This document shows, piece after piece, positions 1 to 9,146 of a stretch of 44,274 nt of DNA. Location of the stretch: NCBI GenBank assembly GCA_015492305.1, contig WGFJ01000012.1, forward strand, positions 1 through 44,274, in the 5' to 3' direction. Each line of letters opens with the position of its first letter. The first letter of the stretch is position 1. The DNA comes from Deltaproteobacteria bacterium (GTDB lineage: Bacteria > Desulfobacterota > GWC2-55-46 > S146-80). Made by a program: the position numbers and the translations under genes. Under the pieces are notes generated by a model. It was not told the DNA's origin, made no database searches, and was given only the letters and a program-made list of their open reading frames with translations.

Positions 1-243
1 ATGACATGGGAGGAGGCGGTAAGCAGGATGGACAGGGCCCTTGATGAGTTCGTCATAAGGGGTGTGAAGACCACCATCCCCTTCCTGAGGATGATAGTGA
101 GGGATCCAGACTTCAGAAGGGGTGAGTTCGACACCCGCTTCATAGAGAAGAGACCCCACCTCTTCGAGTACGACGAGCGGCGGGACCCACAGGATCTCGT
201 TGCCGCCATCTCGGCAGCAATAGCTGCACACCACGGTTTTTGA
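1..243 (+). CDS. pycA: Pyruvate carboxylase subunit A / biotin carboxylase, C-terminal fragment (5' part outside window)
   Basis: Biotin carboxylase C-terminal pattern (RMDRALDEFVIRGVKTTIPF...FDTRFI); directly upstream of the carboxyltransferase/biotin-carrier subunit. Confidence 0.85.
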   Translation: MTWEEAVSRMDRALDEFVIRGVKTTIPFLRMIVRDPDFRRGEFDTRFIEKRPHLFEYDERRDPQDLVAAISAAIAAHHGF

Positions 244-252
244 GGTAAGAGG

Positions 253-2097
253 ATGAAAAAGGTCAGGATAACGGACACAGTGCTAAGGGATGCCCACCAG
301 TCCCTCCTTGCAACGAGGATGAGGACCGAGGACATGCTCGAGATAGCTGAAAAGCTCGACAGTGTGGGCTACTGGTCCCTTGAGGCATGGGGAGGGGCAA
401 CCTTTGATACATGCCTCAGGTATCTCAAGGAGGACCCCTGGGAGAGGCTAAAGAGGCTTAAGGAGGTGGTAAAGAACACCAGGCTCCAGATGCTTTTGAG
501 GGGCCAGAATGTGGTGGGCTACCGTCACTACCCCGATGATGTGGTGAGGAAGTTCATAGAGCGGGCGGTGAAGAACGGGATAGATGTCTTCAGGATATTC
601 GATGCCCTCAATGACATAAGGAACCTTGAGGTTGCCATAAAGACGGTGAAGTCCCTGGGTGCCACGGCCGAAGGTGCCATATGCTACACCGTAAGCCCCA
701 TCCACAACAACGATGTCTTCGTGGAGATGGCCCTGCGCCTTGAGGACCTCGGGGTGGATGTGATCTGCATAAAGGATATGGCAGGCCTCCTCTCCCCCTA
801 CGCAACGGAGAGCCTGATCGCTGCCATAAAGGAGAGGGTGAAGCTGCCCATCCACATCCACTCCCACGACAGCAGCGGCATGGCCCTCATGAGTTACCTC
901 AAGGGGATAGAGGCAGGGGCAGACATCGTGGACACGGCCATATCCTCCATGGCCTCCGGCACATCCCAGCCACCCACAGAAAGCCTGGTTGCAGCCCTGA
1001 AGGGAACCCCTTACGATACAGGCCTCGACCTCAATCTCCTCTCCGAGATAGCCGAGTACTTCAGGAAGGTAAGGAAGAGGTACAGGAAGTTCGAGAGCGA
1101 ATACACGGGCATAAACAGCAAGATCCTGGTCCACCAGATACCGGGCGGCATGATCTCGAACCTCGCCACCCAGCTCAAGGAGCAGAACGCCCTCGACAGG
1201 ATGGATGAGGTCCTTGAAGAGGTGCCAAGGGTGAGGAAGGACCTCGGATACCCTCCCCTTGTGACCCCAACCAGTCAGATAGTGGGAAGTCAGGCCACCC
1301 TCAATGTCCTCACAGGGGAAAGGTACAAGGTCATAACCAGCGAGATAAGGAACTACCTCAAGGGCCTCTACGGAAGGCCCCCTGGTGAGGTGAACGAGGA
1401 GGTGAGGAGGAAGGCCATAGGGGATGAGAAGCCCATAACCTGCAGGCCTGCAGACCTCCTTGAGCCAGAGCTCGACAGGCTCACAAGGGAGCTTGGAGGG
1501 AGGGCAAGGAGCATAGAGGATGTCCTGAGCTATGCCATGTTCCCGAATGTGGCCCTCGAGTTCTTCGAGCAGAGGGAGAAGGGGATGCTCCAGCCAGAAC
1601 CCATCGAGGAGGTATCTGAAGAGGCAAAGCCACCTTCCCAGCCATTCCTGGCACCGAGTGAGTTCAACATCACCGTCCACGGTGAGACCTACCATGTGAA
1701 GGTGGCAGGCTCCGGCCACAAGGTGGATGGGAAGAGGCCCTTCTTCCTCAAGATAGATGGAAGGCTCGAAGAGGTGATGGTGGAGTCCCTGACCGAGATA
1801 GTCCCAACCCTTGCAGGCCATATCGAGGAGAAGCCGAGCACCCAGTCCGTGAGGCCAAAGGCAGAGAAGGAGGGGGATGTGACCACCCCCATGCCGGGCA
1901 GGGTGACGAGTATAAGGGTGTCAGAGGGTGACAGGGTGACAGCAGGGGATACGGTCCTCACCGTTGAGGCCATGAAGATGGAAAACGAGGTCCACACACC
2001 CATAGATGGGGTTGTGAAGAAGATCTATGTCAAGGTGGGGGATCAGGTAAACCCGGATGAGACCCTTATAGAGGTGGTGAGGGAGAGTGGATCTTAG
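253..2097 (+). CDS. pycB: Pyruvate carboxylase subunit B (oxaloacetate decarboxylase alpha family)
   Basis: RDAHQSLLATR, WGGATFD, HxHD, PPLVTPTSQIVG motifs; C-terminal biotinyl domain EAMKMENE; follows a biotin carboxylase, no oadB/oadG nearby. Confidence 0.92.
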   Translation: MKKVRITDTVLRDAHQSLLATRMRTEDMLEIAEKLDSVGYWSLEAWGGATFDTCLRYLKEDPWERLKRLKEVVKNTRLQMLLRGQNVVGYRHYPDDVVRKFIERAVKNGIDVFRIFDALNDIRNLEVAIKTVKSLGATAEGAICYTVSPIHNNDVFVEMALRLEDLGVDVICIKDMAGLLSPYATESLIAAIKERVKLPIHIHSHDSSGMALMSYLKGIEAGADIVDTAISSMASGTSQPPTESLVAALKGTPYDTGLDLNLLSEIAEYFRKVRKRYRKFESEYTGINSKILVHQIPGGMISNLATQLKEQNALDRMDEVLEEVPRVRKDLGYPPLVTPTSQIVGSQATLNVLTGERYKVITSEIRNYLKGLYGRPPGEVNEEVRRKAIGDEKPITCRPADLLEPELDRLTRELGGRARSIEDVLSYAMFPNVALEFFEQREKGMLQPEPIEEVSEEAKPPSQPFLAPSEFNITVHGETYHVKVAGSGHKVDGKRPFFLKIDGRLEEVMVESLTEIVPTLAGHIEEKPSTQSVRPKAEKEGDVTTPMPGRVTSIRVSEGDRVTAGDTVLTVEAMKMENEVHTPIDGVVKKIYVKVGDQVNPDETLIEVVRESGS

Positions 2098-2976
2098 ATG
2101 GCCCTCTACAAGATCCTCTCCATAGTCTTTCCCGTCTTCACCACCATCGGAATAGGCTATCTATTCGCACGGTTCAAGAGGATAGACCTCAACTCCCTGA
2201 TAGAGATCCTCCTTTTTGTTACCATCCCTGCCCTTGTCATCTCCTCCCTCATAAAGAGGAAGATACCCCCTGATGAGATAGGTCTCGTATTCCTCTCGGC
2301 CCTGCTCGTTGTGGCAGGGGTGGGTGTCATTGCACACCTCTACCTCAGGATCACCGGGAGGACCGAACTCAGGGGATTCTACCTCCCCACCATGTTCATG
2401 AACTCTGGCAACATGGCCCTACCCCTGGCACTGCTTTCCTTTGGAAGCAGGGGCCTCCAGGTGGCCATACTCTACTATGTATCTGTGAGCCTCCTTGTCT
2501 ACACCCTGGGCATATACATGGCAAAGGGAGGAGACGGCTTCAGGGAGATCTTCAGGCTTCCCCTCATCTACGCCACCCTCATAGGTATAGGGCTCAGTGT
2601 GGCAGAGATCCCCCTTCCCTCCCCCCTCACTGTAACGGTGGACATGATAGGGGATGCCACCATACCCCTCATGCTCCTTAGCCTTGGCTACAGGCTCGAA
2701 TCCATCCATGCCCGGGATCTCGGGATGGCCATCTGGGGAGGTATCATAAGGATAGGAGGTGGATTCCTCATATCCCTTGCACTGGTCTGGTTCACAGGCC
2801 TTGGAGGTGTTACGGGCAAGATCGTCATCCTCTCCTCCTCGATGCCATCGGCTGTCATAAACTTCATCCTCACCGAAAGGTACAACCTCAACCCGGCTCT
2901 CGTGGCATCGGTGGTTGTTGTGAGCACGGTGATGAGCCTATTCACAACCCCCCTGATCCTTGCCTTCATACTTTAA
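2098..2976 (+). CDS. AEC family (auxin efflux carrier / malate permease-like) transporter
   Basis: About 10 hydrophobic segments; NSGNMALP, IPLMLLSLG and MPSAV motifs; ATG abuts the pycB stop. Confidence 0.85.
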   Translation: MALYKILSIVFPVFTTIGIGYLFARFKRIDLNSLIEILLFVTIPALVISSLIKRKIPPDEIGLVFLSALLVVAGVGVIAHLYLRITGRTELRGFYLPTMFMNSGNMALPLALLSFGSRGLQVAILYYVSVSLLVYTLGIYMAKGGDGFREIFRLPLIYATLIGIGLSVAEIPLPSPLTVTVDMIGDATIPLMLLSLGYRLESIHARDLGMAIWGGIIRIGGGFLISLALVWFTGLGGVTGKIVILSSSMPSAVINFILTERYNLNPALVASVVVVSTVMSLFTTPLILAFIL

Positions 2977-2980
2977 GATG

Positions 2981-3009
2981 TTGATTATTCATCCCCTATG
3001 TCATAAAAT
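2981..3009 (+). promoter_or_regulatory. Putative sigma70 promoter for amrB-gltX
   Basis: TTGATT-17 nt-TAAAAT, followed by AAGGAGG SD before ATG 3039. Confidence 0.6.
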
Positions 3010-3038
3010 AGCCCTACCCAGCCCTTAAGGAGGAATAC

Positions 3039-3839
3039 ATGGTAAGGAGGCCCTGCGTAGCGGATCAGTTCTATCCGGGCAATCCAGAGGCCCTGAGGAG
3101 GATGATCGGGGGCTTTGTTGAGGCAGGGGAAAGGGAGGAGGTCATCGGTGCCATCTCGCCCCATGCCGGTTACATATACTCCGGGAAGGTGGCAGGGATA
3201 CTCTTCTCCCGCATCGTCATACCCGACAATGTGATCCTCCTCGGTCCAAACCACACAGGCCTTGGAGAGACGGTCTCCCTCTATCCAGGGGGGCTGTGGG
3301 AGACCCCCCTCGGGGAGGTGGAGGTAAATGAGGACCTTGCCCGCCTCATCCTCGAGAGGATCCCCCTTGTGAGGGAGGATACCCTTGCCCACCTGAGGGA
3401 ACACTCCCTTGAGGTCCAGATACCCTTTCTCCAGTACTTCAACCCCTCTGTGAGGATAGTGCCCATCACCATCATGCACATGGACCTTGAAAGGTGCCTT
3501 GAGGTGGGAAAGGCCCTTGGTGGCCTCCTCAAGGATTACGGGGAGAAGGTCCTCATCCTGATGAGCTCGGACATGAACCACTATGAATCCGAGGAGGTAA
3601 CGAGGAGGAAGGACATGGAGGCCATCGAGGAGATACTGAGGCTTGACCTTAAGGGGCTCTGGAGGGTTGTGAGGGAGAAGGATATAAGCATGTGCGGCAT
3701 CATACCCGCTGTAGTGGGTCTCAGGGCCTGCATGGAGATGGGGGCAAGGGAGGCAAGGCTTGTAAAGCACATGACATCAGGCGATGTGAGTGGTGATTAC
3801 AACCATGTTGTGGGATATGCAGGGATCATCGTGAAGTAG
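3039..3839 (+). CDS. amrB: AmmeMemoRadiSam system protein B (MEMO1 family)
   Basis: RRPxVAxQFYP, [43 protein letters not shown] motifs. Confidence 0.93.
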   Translation: MVRRPCVADQFYPGNPEALRRMIGGFVEAGEREEVIGAISPHAGYIYSGKVAGILFSRIVIPDNVILLGPNHTGLGETVSLYPGGLWETPLGEVEVNEDLARLILERIPLVREDTLAHLREHSLEVQIPFLQYFNPSVRIVPITIMHMDLERCLEVGKALGGLLKDYGEKVLILMSSDMNHYESEEVTRRKDMEAIEEILRLDLKGLWRVVREKDISMCGIIPAVVGLRACMEMGAREARLVKHMTSGDVSGDYNHVVGYAGIIVK

Positions 3840-3847
3840 GAGGGGAG

Positions 3848-5248
3848 ATGGTAAGAACAAGGTTTGCACCCAGTCCAACAGGGTATCTCCACATAGGCGG
3901 GGCAAGGACAGCGCTTTTCAACTGGCTCTTTGCAAGGCACCACAGGGGCAGTTTCATCCTCAGGATAGAGGACACGGATGTTGAGAGGTCCACGGAAGAG
4001 GCCACACAGGCCATCCTTGATGCCATGGAGTGGCTTGGCCTCAAGTGGGACGAAGGTCCCTACTTCCAGAGCAAGAGGCTCCACCTCTACAGGGAGCATG
4101 TGGAAAGGCTCCTTGAGAGGGGGCTTGCCTACAGGTGCTACTGCACACCGGAGGAACTGGAGGAGAGGAGGAAGAGGGCCCTTGAGGAGGGAAGGCCCCC
4201 GAGGTACGATGGCAGGTGCAGGGACAGGAAGGACCGGCCAGACCTCCCCCATGCCATAAGGTTCAAGGTCCCGAGGAATGGGGCCACCATCGTGAGGGAC
4301 CTCATAAAGGGGACGGTATCCTTCGACCACTCAGAGATAGAGGATCTTGTGATCCTCAGGAGCGATGGGATGCCCACCTACAACCTGTGCGTTGTTGTGG
4401 ATGATGCCCTCATGGGGATAACCCATGTGATCAGGGGGGACGACCACCTGAACAACACACCCAAGCAGATACTCCTCTACGAGGCCTTTGGCTACAAGGT
4501 GCCAGAGTTTGCCCATGTCCCGATGATCCTGGGTCCTGACAGGACACGGCTCAGCAAACGCCACGGTGCAACATCGGTAACCGCTTACAGGGAGATGGGG
4601 TACCTGCCTGAGGCCATGGTGAACTACCTGGTGAGGCTCGGGTGGTCCTACGGCGATCAGGAGATCTTCTCCGTGGAGGAGCTCATTGAGAAGTTCTCCC
4701 TTGAGAATGTGGGCAGATCCTCTGCCGTCTTCAACCCGGAGAAGCTCCTCTGGCTCAATGCCCATTACATAAAGGAGAAGGACGACAGGGAGCTTGCAGA
4801 GCTACTCGTTCCCTTCCTTGAGAAGAGGGGATACAGGGCCAGAGGGGATGAAAGGCTCCCGAAGATCGTAAAGACCCTGAAGGAGAGGGCAAAGACCCTT
4901 GAAGAGATGGCAGAGATGGCAGACTTCTACTTTGCAGAGGAGATCGAATACGATGAGGAGGCAAGGAAGAGGTTCCTCACCCCCGAGAGGCTGGAGATCT
5001 TCGATGCCCTCATAGAGGGCCTTTCAGGGCTTGAAGAGTTCACGGAGAAGGGGATAGAAGGGGTCTTCAGAAGGATCATGGAGGAGAAGGGCCTTAAGCT
5101 CGGAAAGCTCGCCCAGCCTGTGAGGGTGGCTGTGACTGGAAGGACCGTGAGCCCCGGCATATTCGAGACCCTTGAGGCCCTGGGAAAGGAAAGGACCATC
5201 AAGAGGCTGAAGAAGGCAAGGGATCTCTTAAAGGAGGCCACCCTATAG
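3848..5248 (+). CDS. gltX: Glutamate--tRNA ligase
   Basis: [16 protein letters not shown] (HIGH), LSKR (KMSKS-like), CYC zinc region, C-terminal anticodon-binding domain. Confidence 0.97.
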   Translation: MVRTRFAPSPTGYLHIGGARTALFNWLFARHHRGSFILRIEDTDVERSTEEATQAILDAMEWLGLKWDEGPYFQSKRLHLYREHVERLLERGLAYRCYCTPEELEERRKRALEEGRPPRYDGRCRDRKDRPDLPHAIRFKVPRNGATIVRDLIKGTVSFDHSEIEDLVILRSDGMPTYNLCVVVDDALMGITHVIRGDDHLNNTPKQILLYEAFGYKVPEFAHVPMILGPDRTRLSKRHGATSVTAYREMGYLPEAMVNYLVRLGWSYGDQEIFSVEELIEKFSLENVGRSSAVFNPEKLLWLNAHYIKEKDDRELAELLVPFLEKRGYRARGDERLPKIVKTLKERAKTLEEMAEMADFYFAEEIEYDEEARKRFLTPERLEIFDALIEGLSGLEEFTEKGIEGVFRRIMEEKGLKLGKLAQPVRVAVTGRTVSPGIFETLEALGKERTIKRLKKARDLLKEATL

Positions 5249-5611
5249 CCCTATCAGGCCCTTTACAACCCTCACAAGCTCTTCCGTGTTTATAGGCTTT
5301 GAGATGTAGCCGTCGAAACCTTCGCTCAGGATCCTCTCCTCATCCCCGACCATGGCAGATGCGGTGATGGCCACAACAGGGATGGAATTAAATCCCTCCA
5401 TGGATCTTATCTCCTTCATGGCCTCTATCCCATCCATACCGGGAAGGCCTATATCCATGAGGATAAGATCAGGAGGGGGGTTCCTCCTCACCCACTCTAT
5501 GGCGTCCATGCCTGTCTCCACCTCTGCAACCGAGATCCCGTGAAGGGATAGGACATCCCTGACAAGGATCCGGTTCAGCAGGTTGTCCTCCACAAGAAGG
5601 ACACTTGCCAT
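5243..5611 (-). CDS. Single-domain response regulator (DivK/CheY-like receiver)
   Basis: [21 protein letters not shown] (phospho-Asp), AITA, YISKP. Confidence 0.92.
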   Translation of the reverse strand: MASVLLVEDNLLNRILVRDVLSLHGISVAEVETGMDAIEWVRRNPPPDLILMDIGLPGMDGIEAMKEIRSMEGFNSIPVVAITASAMVGDEERILSEGFDGYISKPINTEELVRVVKGLIGL

Positions 5612-8506
5612 TCATTCCTCCCCTATGACAGAGACCCTGTCGCCGCCACCTTCCCTCACCCTCTCTACCTCCTCTTCAAGCCTCTCAAGGAGGGTCTGCC
5701 TCTCCTTTCCATCCACGGGAAAACCACCTATCCCGATGCTCGCGCTGAACCTGAACCCCCCTTCACCTGCAAACCTTCCGATGATCAACCTCAACTTCTC
5801 ACCCACCACCCTGGCAGGCTTCTTTGGTGTATCGGGAAGGAGGAGGACAAAGACCGAGTCCTCATACCTTGCCAGGATGTCGGCCTTCCTTATGTGCTTT
5901 TCTATAAGGGCTGAGAGGGACTTTATCGCCTCTTCCCCCTTTGCCGTTCCATACCTCTCAACATAGCTATCAAAGCGGTCTATCCCTATCATCATGAGGG
6001 AGAAGGTCCCCCCATAGCGCTTGCCCCTCGCTATCTCGTGATCTATCCTCCTCTTTATATACCGCCTGTTGAAGGTGTTCGTCAAGGGATCTATCATCTT
6101 TGCCCTCGAGGGGTAGAGCATCTCAAGCCTTCTCACCTCTTCCAGTATGTCATCGACACTGAACCCCTTCTTTACCACACCCGCAATGTCACCCCTGAGC
6201 CTTCCTGCCTCTTCAGGTGTGAGGTCCTTTGCAGTATAGACGATTATGGGGATATCCTTGGTATCCGGGTTCCTCCTCAGACCGTCTATCACCTGGAACC
6301 CGTTCATCCCGGGCATCATGAGGTCGAGTATTATGAGGTCCACATCCTTGGTTGTGGCCATCTCAAGGCCCTCCTTGCCTGTGGATGCCTTGAGCACACC
6401 GAAGCCCTCTTTCTCCAGTATCCCTGAAAGGAGGGCCTGTGTCTCAGGGTCGTCATCTATGATGAGGATGGTGAAGCTACCCCTCTTCACCCTGTCTATG
6501 AAACTTATGGACTGGAGGGCATTCAGGAGGGTTTCCTTGTCCACGGGCTTTGTGATGTACTCACAGGCCCCGAGGCTGAAACCCTTCTTCATGTCATCAA
6601 GGGCAGAGACTATGACAACAGGGATCTCCCTGGTCTCTGGATCCTTCTTCAGTTCTCTCAACACCTCCCATCCATCCCTGTCAGGGAGCATGAGGTCAAG
6701 GGTTATGGCAAAGGGCTTGAGCCTCCTTGCCATCTCAAGGGTCTCCTCCCCGCTGCCCACCCCGACCACACTGTAGCCCGACCTCCTGAGGTAGGACATG
6801 ATGAGCTCCCTCAACTGGTCGTTGTCCTCCACAACGAGGACAAGGGGGTACTCCTCATGTATGGCTGCAGGCTTTACCTTTATCTCCCTCTTCACAGGTG
6901 GAACACCCTCTGCCGGTATGGTGAAGGTGAAGGTAGAGCCCTTGCCGTATTCGCTCTCCACCCAGATCCTGCCGCCATGGAGCTCCACAAGCCTCTTGGT
7001 CACAGAGAGGCCAAGGCCTGTCCCCTCTATGCTCCTCCTCTCCTCATCACCTATCCTCTCAAACTCCATCCACACCTTGGGAAGGTCCTCCTTCCTTATA
7101 CCTATCCCTGTGTCCTTCACGGATACAACAAACTCGCCCCCCTCAAGCCATGCCTCCACATCCACCCTCCCGCCATCCCTGTTGAACTTCACCGCATTGG
7201 TCAGGAGGTTGAGGAGTATCTGTCTCAGCTTTGCCCTGTCGCCCTTTATTGAGCCCCTGTAATCGACCCTGGAGTGGATCTCTATATCCCTTGCCTCTGC
7301 CACGGGCCTGACGGTGGTGATGGCCTGCTCTATGAGGGGCTCAACCTCCACATCCTCCTTGTTGAGCTCCATCCTCCCTGCCTCGATCTTCGATATATCG
7401 AGGATGTTGTTTATGAGCTGGAGGAGGTGCTTTCCACTTGTGTGGATGTAGTTCACATACTCCATCTGCTTGTCATTGAGGGGGCCAAAGGCCTGCCCCT
7501 TCAGGAGTTCTGAAAAGCCTATCACCGAATTGAGGGGTGTCCTCAGTTCATGGGATACGGTGGCAAGGAACCTGTTCTTCGTCTCATTTGCCTTCCTCAA
7601 TTCTGCATTGACAAACTCAAGCTCAAGCCTCCTCCTCTCAAGCTCCTCATTTGCCTGACGGAGGTGTTCGGTCCTCTCCATGACCTTCTTCTCAAGGTCC
7701 CTGTAGGACTCCTCCAGTTGATCGGCCATTATGTTGAACTCGGAGGCCATTACTCCTATCTCATCCATCTTCTCAACGGGTATCCTCTTCGAGAGGTCAC
7801 CAGAGGCTATGGCCCTTGCTATCTCTATCACCTTGTTGAGCCTCCCCCCTATCTCCCTTGATATGAAGAGGGTTGCAAGGAAGCCGCTGACCGCTCCCAG
7901 CACGGTAAGGAGGAGGAGGGAAAAGAGATACCTCTCCGTTCTGCCCTTTATCCCTTCCCTTGCCTTCTCCATGAGGTCCATTTCATGTTCCACAACCTTT
8001 TCGGCCAGGGCAGAGAAGCTATCAAACCTCCTCAACTGGATCCCGAGGGCCACATCCATTGCCTCCCCGTACCTTCCCTCCTTCAGGGCGGGGATGATCA
8101 CCTCCTCCCTCGTCTTCTTGAAGTCCTCCCAAAGGGTCTTTATCTCCTCAAGGAGCTCCCTTGTCCGGGGATCGATCCACTCCATGCCGAGGAGGGAGCC
8201 TATCTGACCGTCTATGCTCTTTGTGGTCTCTTCCACCTCCTTGAGGTAGGATGAGAAATCCCCCTTCTTCAGCAGGGTTGTGAGGAGTGCATTCCTCACC
8301 TTGTACAGATCCTTTGTGAGACATGAAACGGCCGATACGGCTGCCACCCTCCTCTGGTAGAGGAAGTCGGTGTAGTCCTCCATCCAGAAGGCGTAGAAGT
8401 AGCTCGTTCCGGCAAGGAGGAGGTAGAGGGTCACACCCCCTGTGAAGGTGAGGAAGAGCTTGTCCCTCACCTTCAGGGTCTTCATCTTTTTCACGAATCC
8501 TTCCAT
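5612..8506 (-). CDS. Membrane hybrid histidine kinase: four-helix sensor-HAMP-HisKA-HATPase-REC-REC-degenerate GGDEF
   Basis: Two TM segments; HAMP (DEIGVMASEFNIM); H-box SHELRTPLN; N, G1 and G2 boxes; receivers ITLDLMLP and IILDLMMP; C-terminal DPLTNTFNRR...RKADILARYEDSVF. Alternative start at 8485. Confidence 0.9.
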   Translation of the reverse strand: MEGFVKKMKTLKVRDKLFLTFTGGVTLYLLLAGTSYFYAFWMEDYTDFLYQRRVAAVSAVSCLTKDLYKVRNALLTTLLKKGDFSSYLKEVEETTKSIDGQIGSLLGMEWIDPRTRELLEEIKTLWEDFKKTREEVIIPALKEGRYGEAMDVALGIQLRRFDSFSALAEKVVEHEMDLMEKAREGIKGRTERYLFSLLLLTVLGAVSGFLATLFISREIGGRLNKVIEIARAIASGDLSKRIPVEKMDEIGVMASEFNIMADQLEESYRDLEKKVMERTEHLRQANEELERRRLELEFVNAELRKANETKNRFLATVSHELRTPLNSVIGFSELLKGQAFGPLNDKQMEYVNYIHTSGKHLLQLINNILDISKIEAGRMELNKEDVEVEPLIEQAITTVRPVAEARDIEIHSRVDYRGSIKGDRAKLRQILLNLLTNAVKFNRDGGRVDVEAWLEGGEFVVSVKDTGIGIRKEDLPKVWMEFERIGDEERRSIEGTGLGLSVTKRLVELHGGRIWVESEYGKGSTFTFTIPAEGVPPVKREIKVKPAAIHEEYPLVLVVEDNDQLRELIMSYLRRSGYSVVGVGSGEETLEMARRLKPFAITLDLMLPDRDGWEVLRELKKDPETREIPVVIVSALDDMKKGFSLGACEYITKPVDKETLLNALQSISFIDRVKRGSFTILIIDDDPETQALLSGILEKEGFGVLKASTGKEGLEMATTKDVDLIILDLMMPGMNGFQVIDGLRRNPDTKDIPIIVYTAKDLTPEEAGRLRGDIAGVVKKGFSVDDILEEVRRLEMLYPSRAKMIDPLTNTFNRRYIKRRIDHEIARGKRYGGTFSLMMIGIDRFDSYVERYGTAKGEEAIKSLSALIEKHIRKADILARYEDSVFVLLLPDTPKKPARVVGEKLRLIIGRFAGEGGFRFSASIGIGGFPVDGKERQTLLERLEEEVERVREGGGDRVSVIGEE

Positions 8507-9063
8507 AGGGCCTCCATCTTAAAGGTCTCTGCTCCAAGCAATCCCTTGACAGTCTCCTTGAGGGTCTCCATATCTATGGGCTTGATGAATATGCCATCCA
8601 CAAGGCCTCTCAGGTCCTTAACCTCTTCAGGGTAGGCCGTCACCACAAGGATCCTCATGTCCCTTGTGATCTCCATTGACCTCACCTTCCTTATGACCTC
8701 CTTCCCATCGACCCTTGGCATCTTTATATCGGTAACAAGGACATGGGGCCTCCACTCCCCTATCCTTATGAGGGCCTCGTAGCCATCCCTGGATGCCTCC
8801 ACCTCACAGTCTTTAAGGATGCCAAGCCCATCCACAAGCATGCGAAGGGTGAAGGGATCGTCCTCCACAACAAGGATCCTCTTTCTGGAGGGGATGGCAT
8901 TGCATTGGGCAAGGAACCTCTTGAACTCCTCCCTGGGTATCCTGTAGTGGCCCCCAGGGGTAAGGATGGCCCTGAGCTTGCCCTCAGAGATCCACCTCTT
9001 GATGGTGTTGACGGTAACGCTGAAGTACTGGGCTACCTCACCGGTGGTAAGGAACCGTTTCAT
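8491..9063 (-). CDS. Response regulator with N-terminal excisionase/BldC-like (MerR-type) HTH and C-terminal receiver
   Basis: FLTTGEVAQYFSVTVNTIKRWISEGKLRAILTPGGHYRI, then RILVVEDD...VTDIKMP...IKP. Confidence 0.88.
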   Translation of the reverse strand: MKRFLTTGEVAQYFSVTVNTIKRWISEGKLRAILTPGGHYRIPREEFKRFLAQCNAIPSRKRILVVEDDPFTLRMLVDGLGILKDCEVEASRDGYEALIRIGEWRPHVLVTDIKMPRVDGKEVIRKVRSMEITRDMRILVVTAYPEEVKDLRGLVDGIFIKPIDMETLKETVKGLLGAETFKMEALWKDS

Positions 9064-9099
9064 GTTTTTACACTTTTGACGGTTTTGATAGTTTGGTCA
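9064..9099. repeat. Four tandem imperfect 9-bp direct repeats (consensus GTTTTGACA), probable operator
   Basis: gtttttaca|cttttgacg|gttttgata|gtttggtca, abutting the ATG of the HTH-REC gene. Confidence 0.75.
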
Positions 9100-9124
9100 T
9101 ACTACAGTTCCCCTGCCCTGTCAA
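9096..9124 (-). promoter_or_regulatory. Putative sigma70 promoter of the HTH-REC/kinase/receiver operon
   Basis: TTGACA-17 nt-TATGAC on the minus strand; the -10 overlaps the promoter-proximal repeat. Confidence 0.55.
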
Positions 9125-9146
9125 GGAAATAAAAGGGAGAAAGGGA

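Noticed and set aside
448-1821. 457-aa antisense ORF (and many similar ones, e.g. 2985-3770, 12244-13089, 42960-43943)
   Set aside because: Shadow frames opposite well-supported genes, with no recognisable motifs; expected from the biased codon usage
253-2097. Na+-pumping oxaloacetate decarboxylase (oadA)
   Set aside because: No oadB or oadG nearby, and a biotin carboxylase gene is directly upstream
5200-5300. tRNA genes next to gltX
   Set aside because: No intergenic space: gltX overlaps the convergent response regulator, and no cloverleaf was seen
5612-6095. Active diguanylate cyclase
   Set aside because: The GG(D/E)EF signature and metal/GTP-binding residues are missing
8900-9063. Excisionase-like domain as evidence of a prophage or integrative element
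   Set aside because: It is fused to a receiver inside a signalling operon; no integrase, att site or phage genes are present
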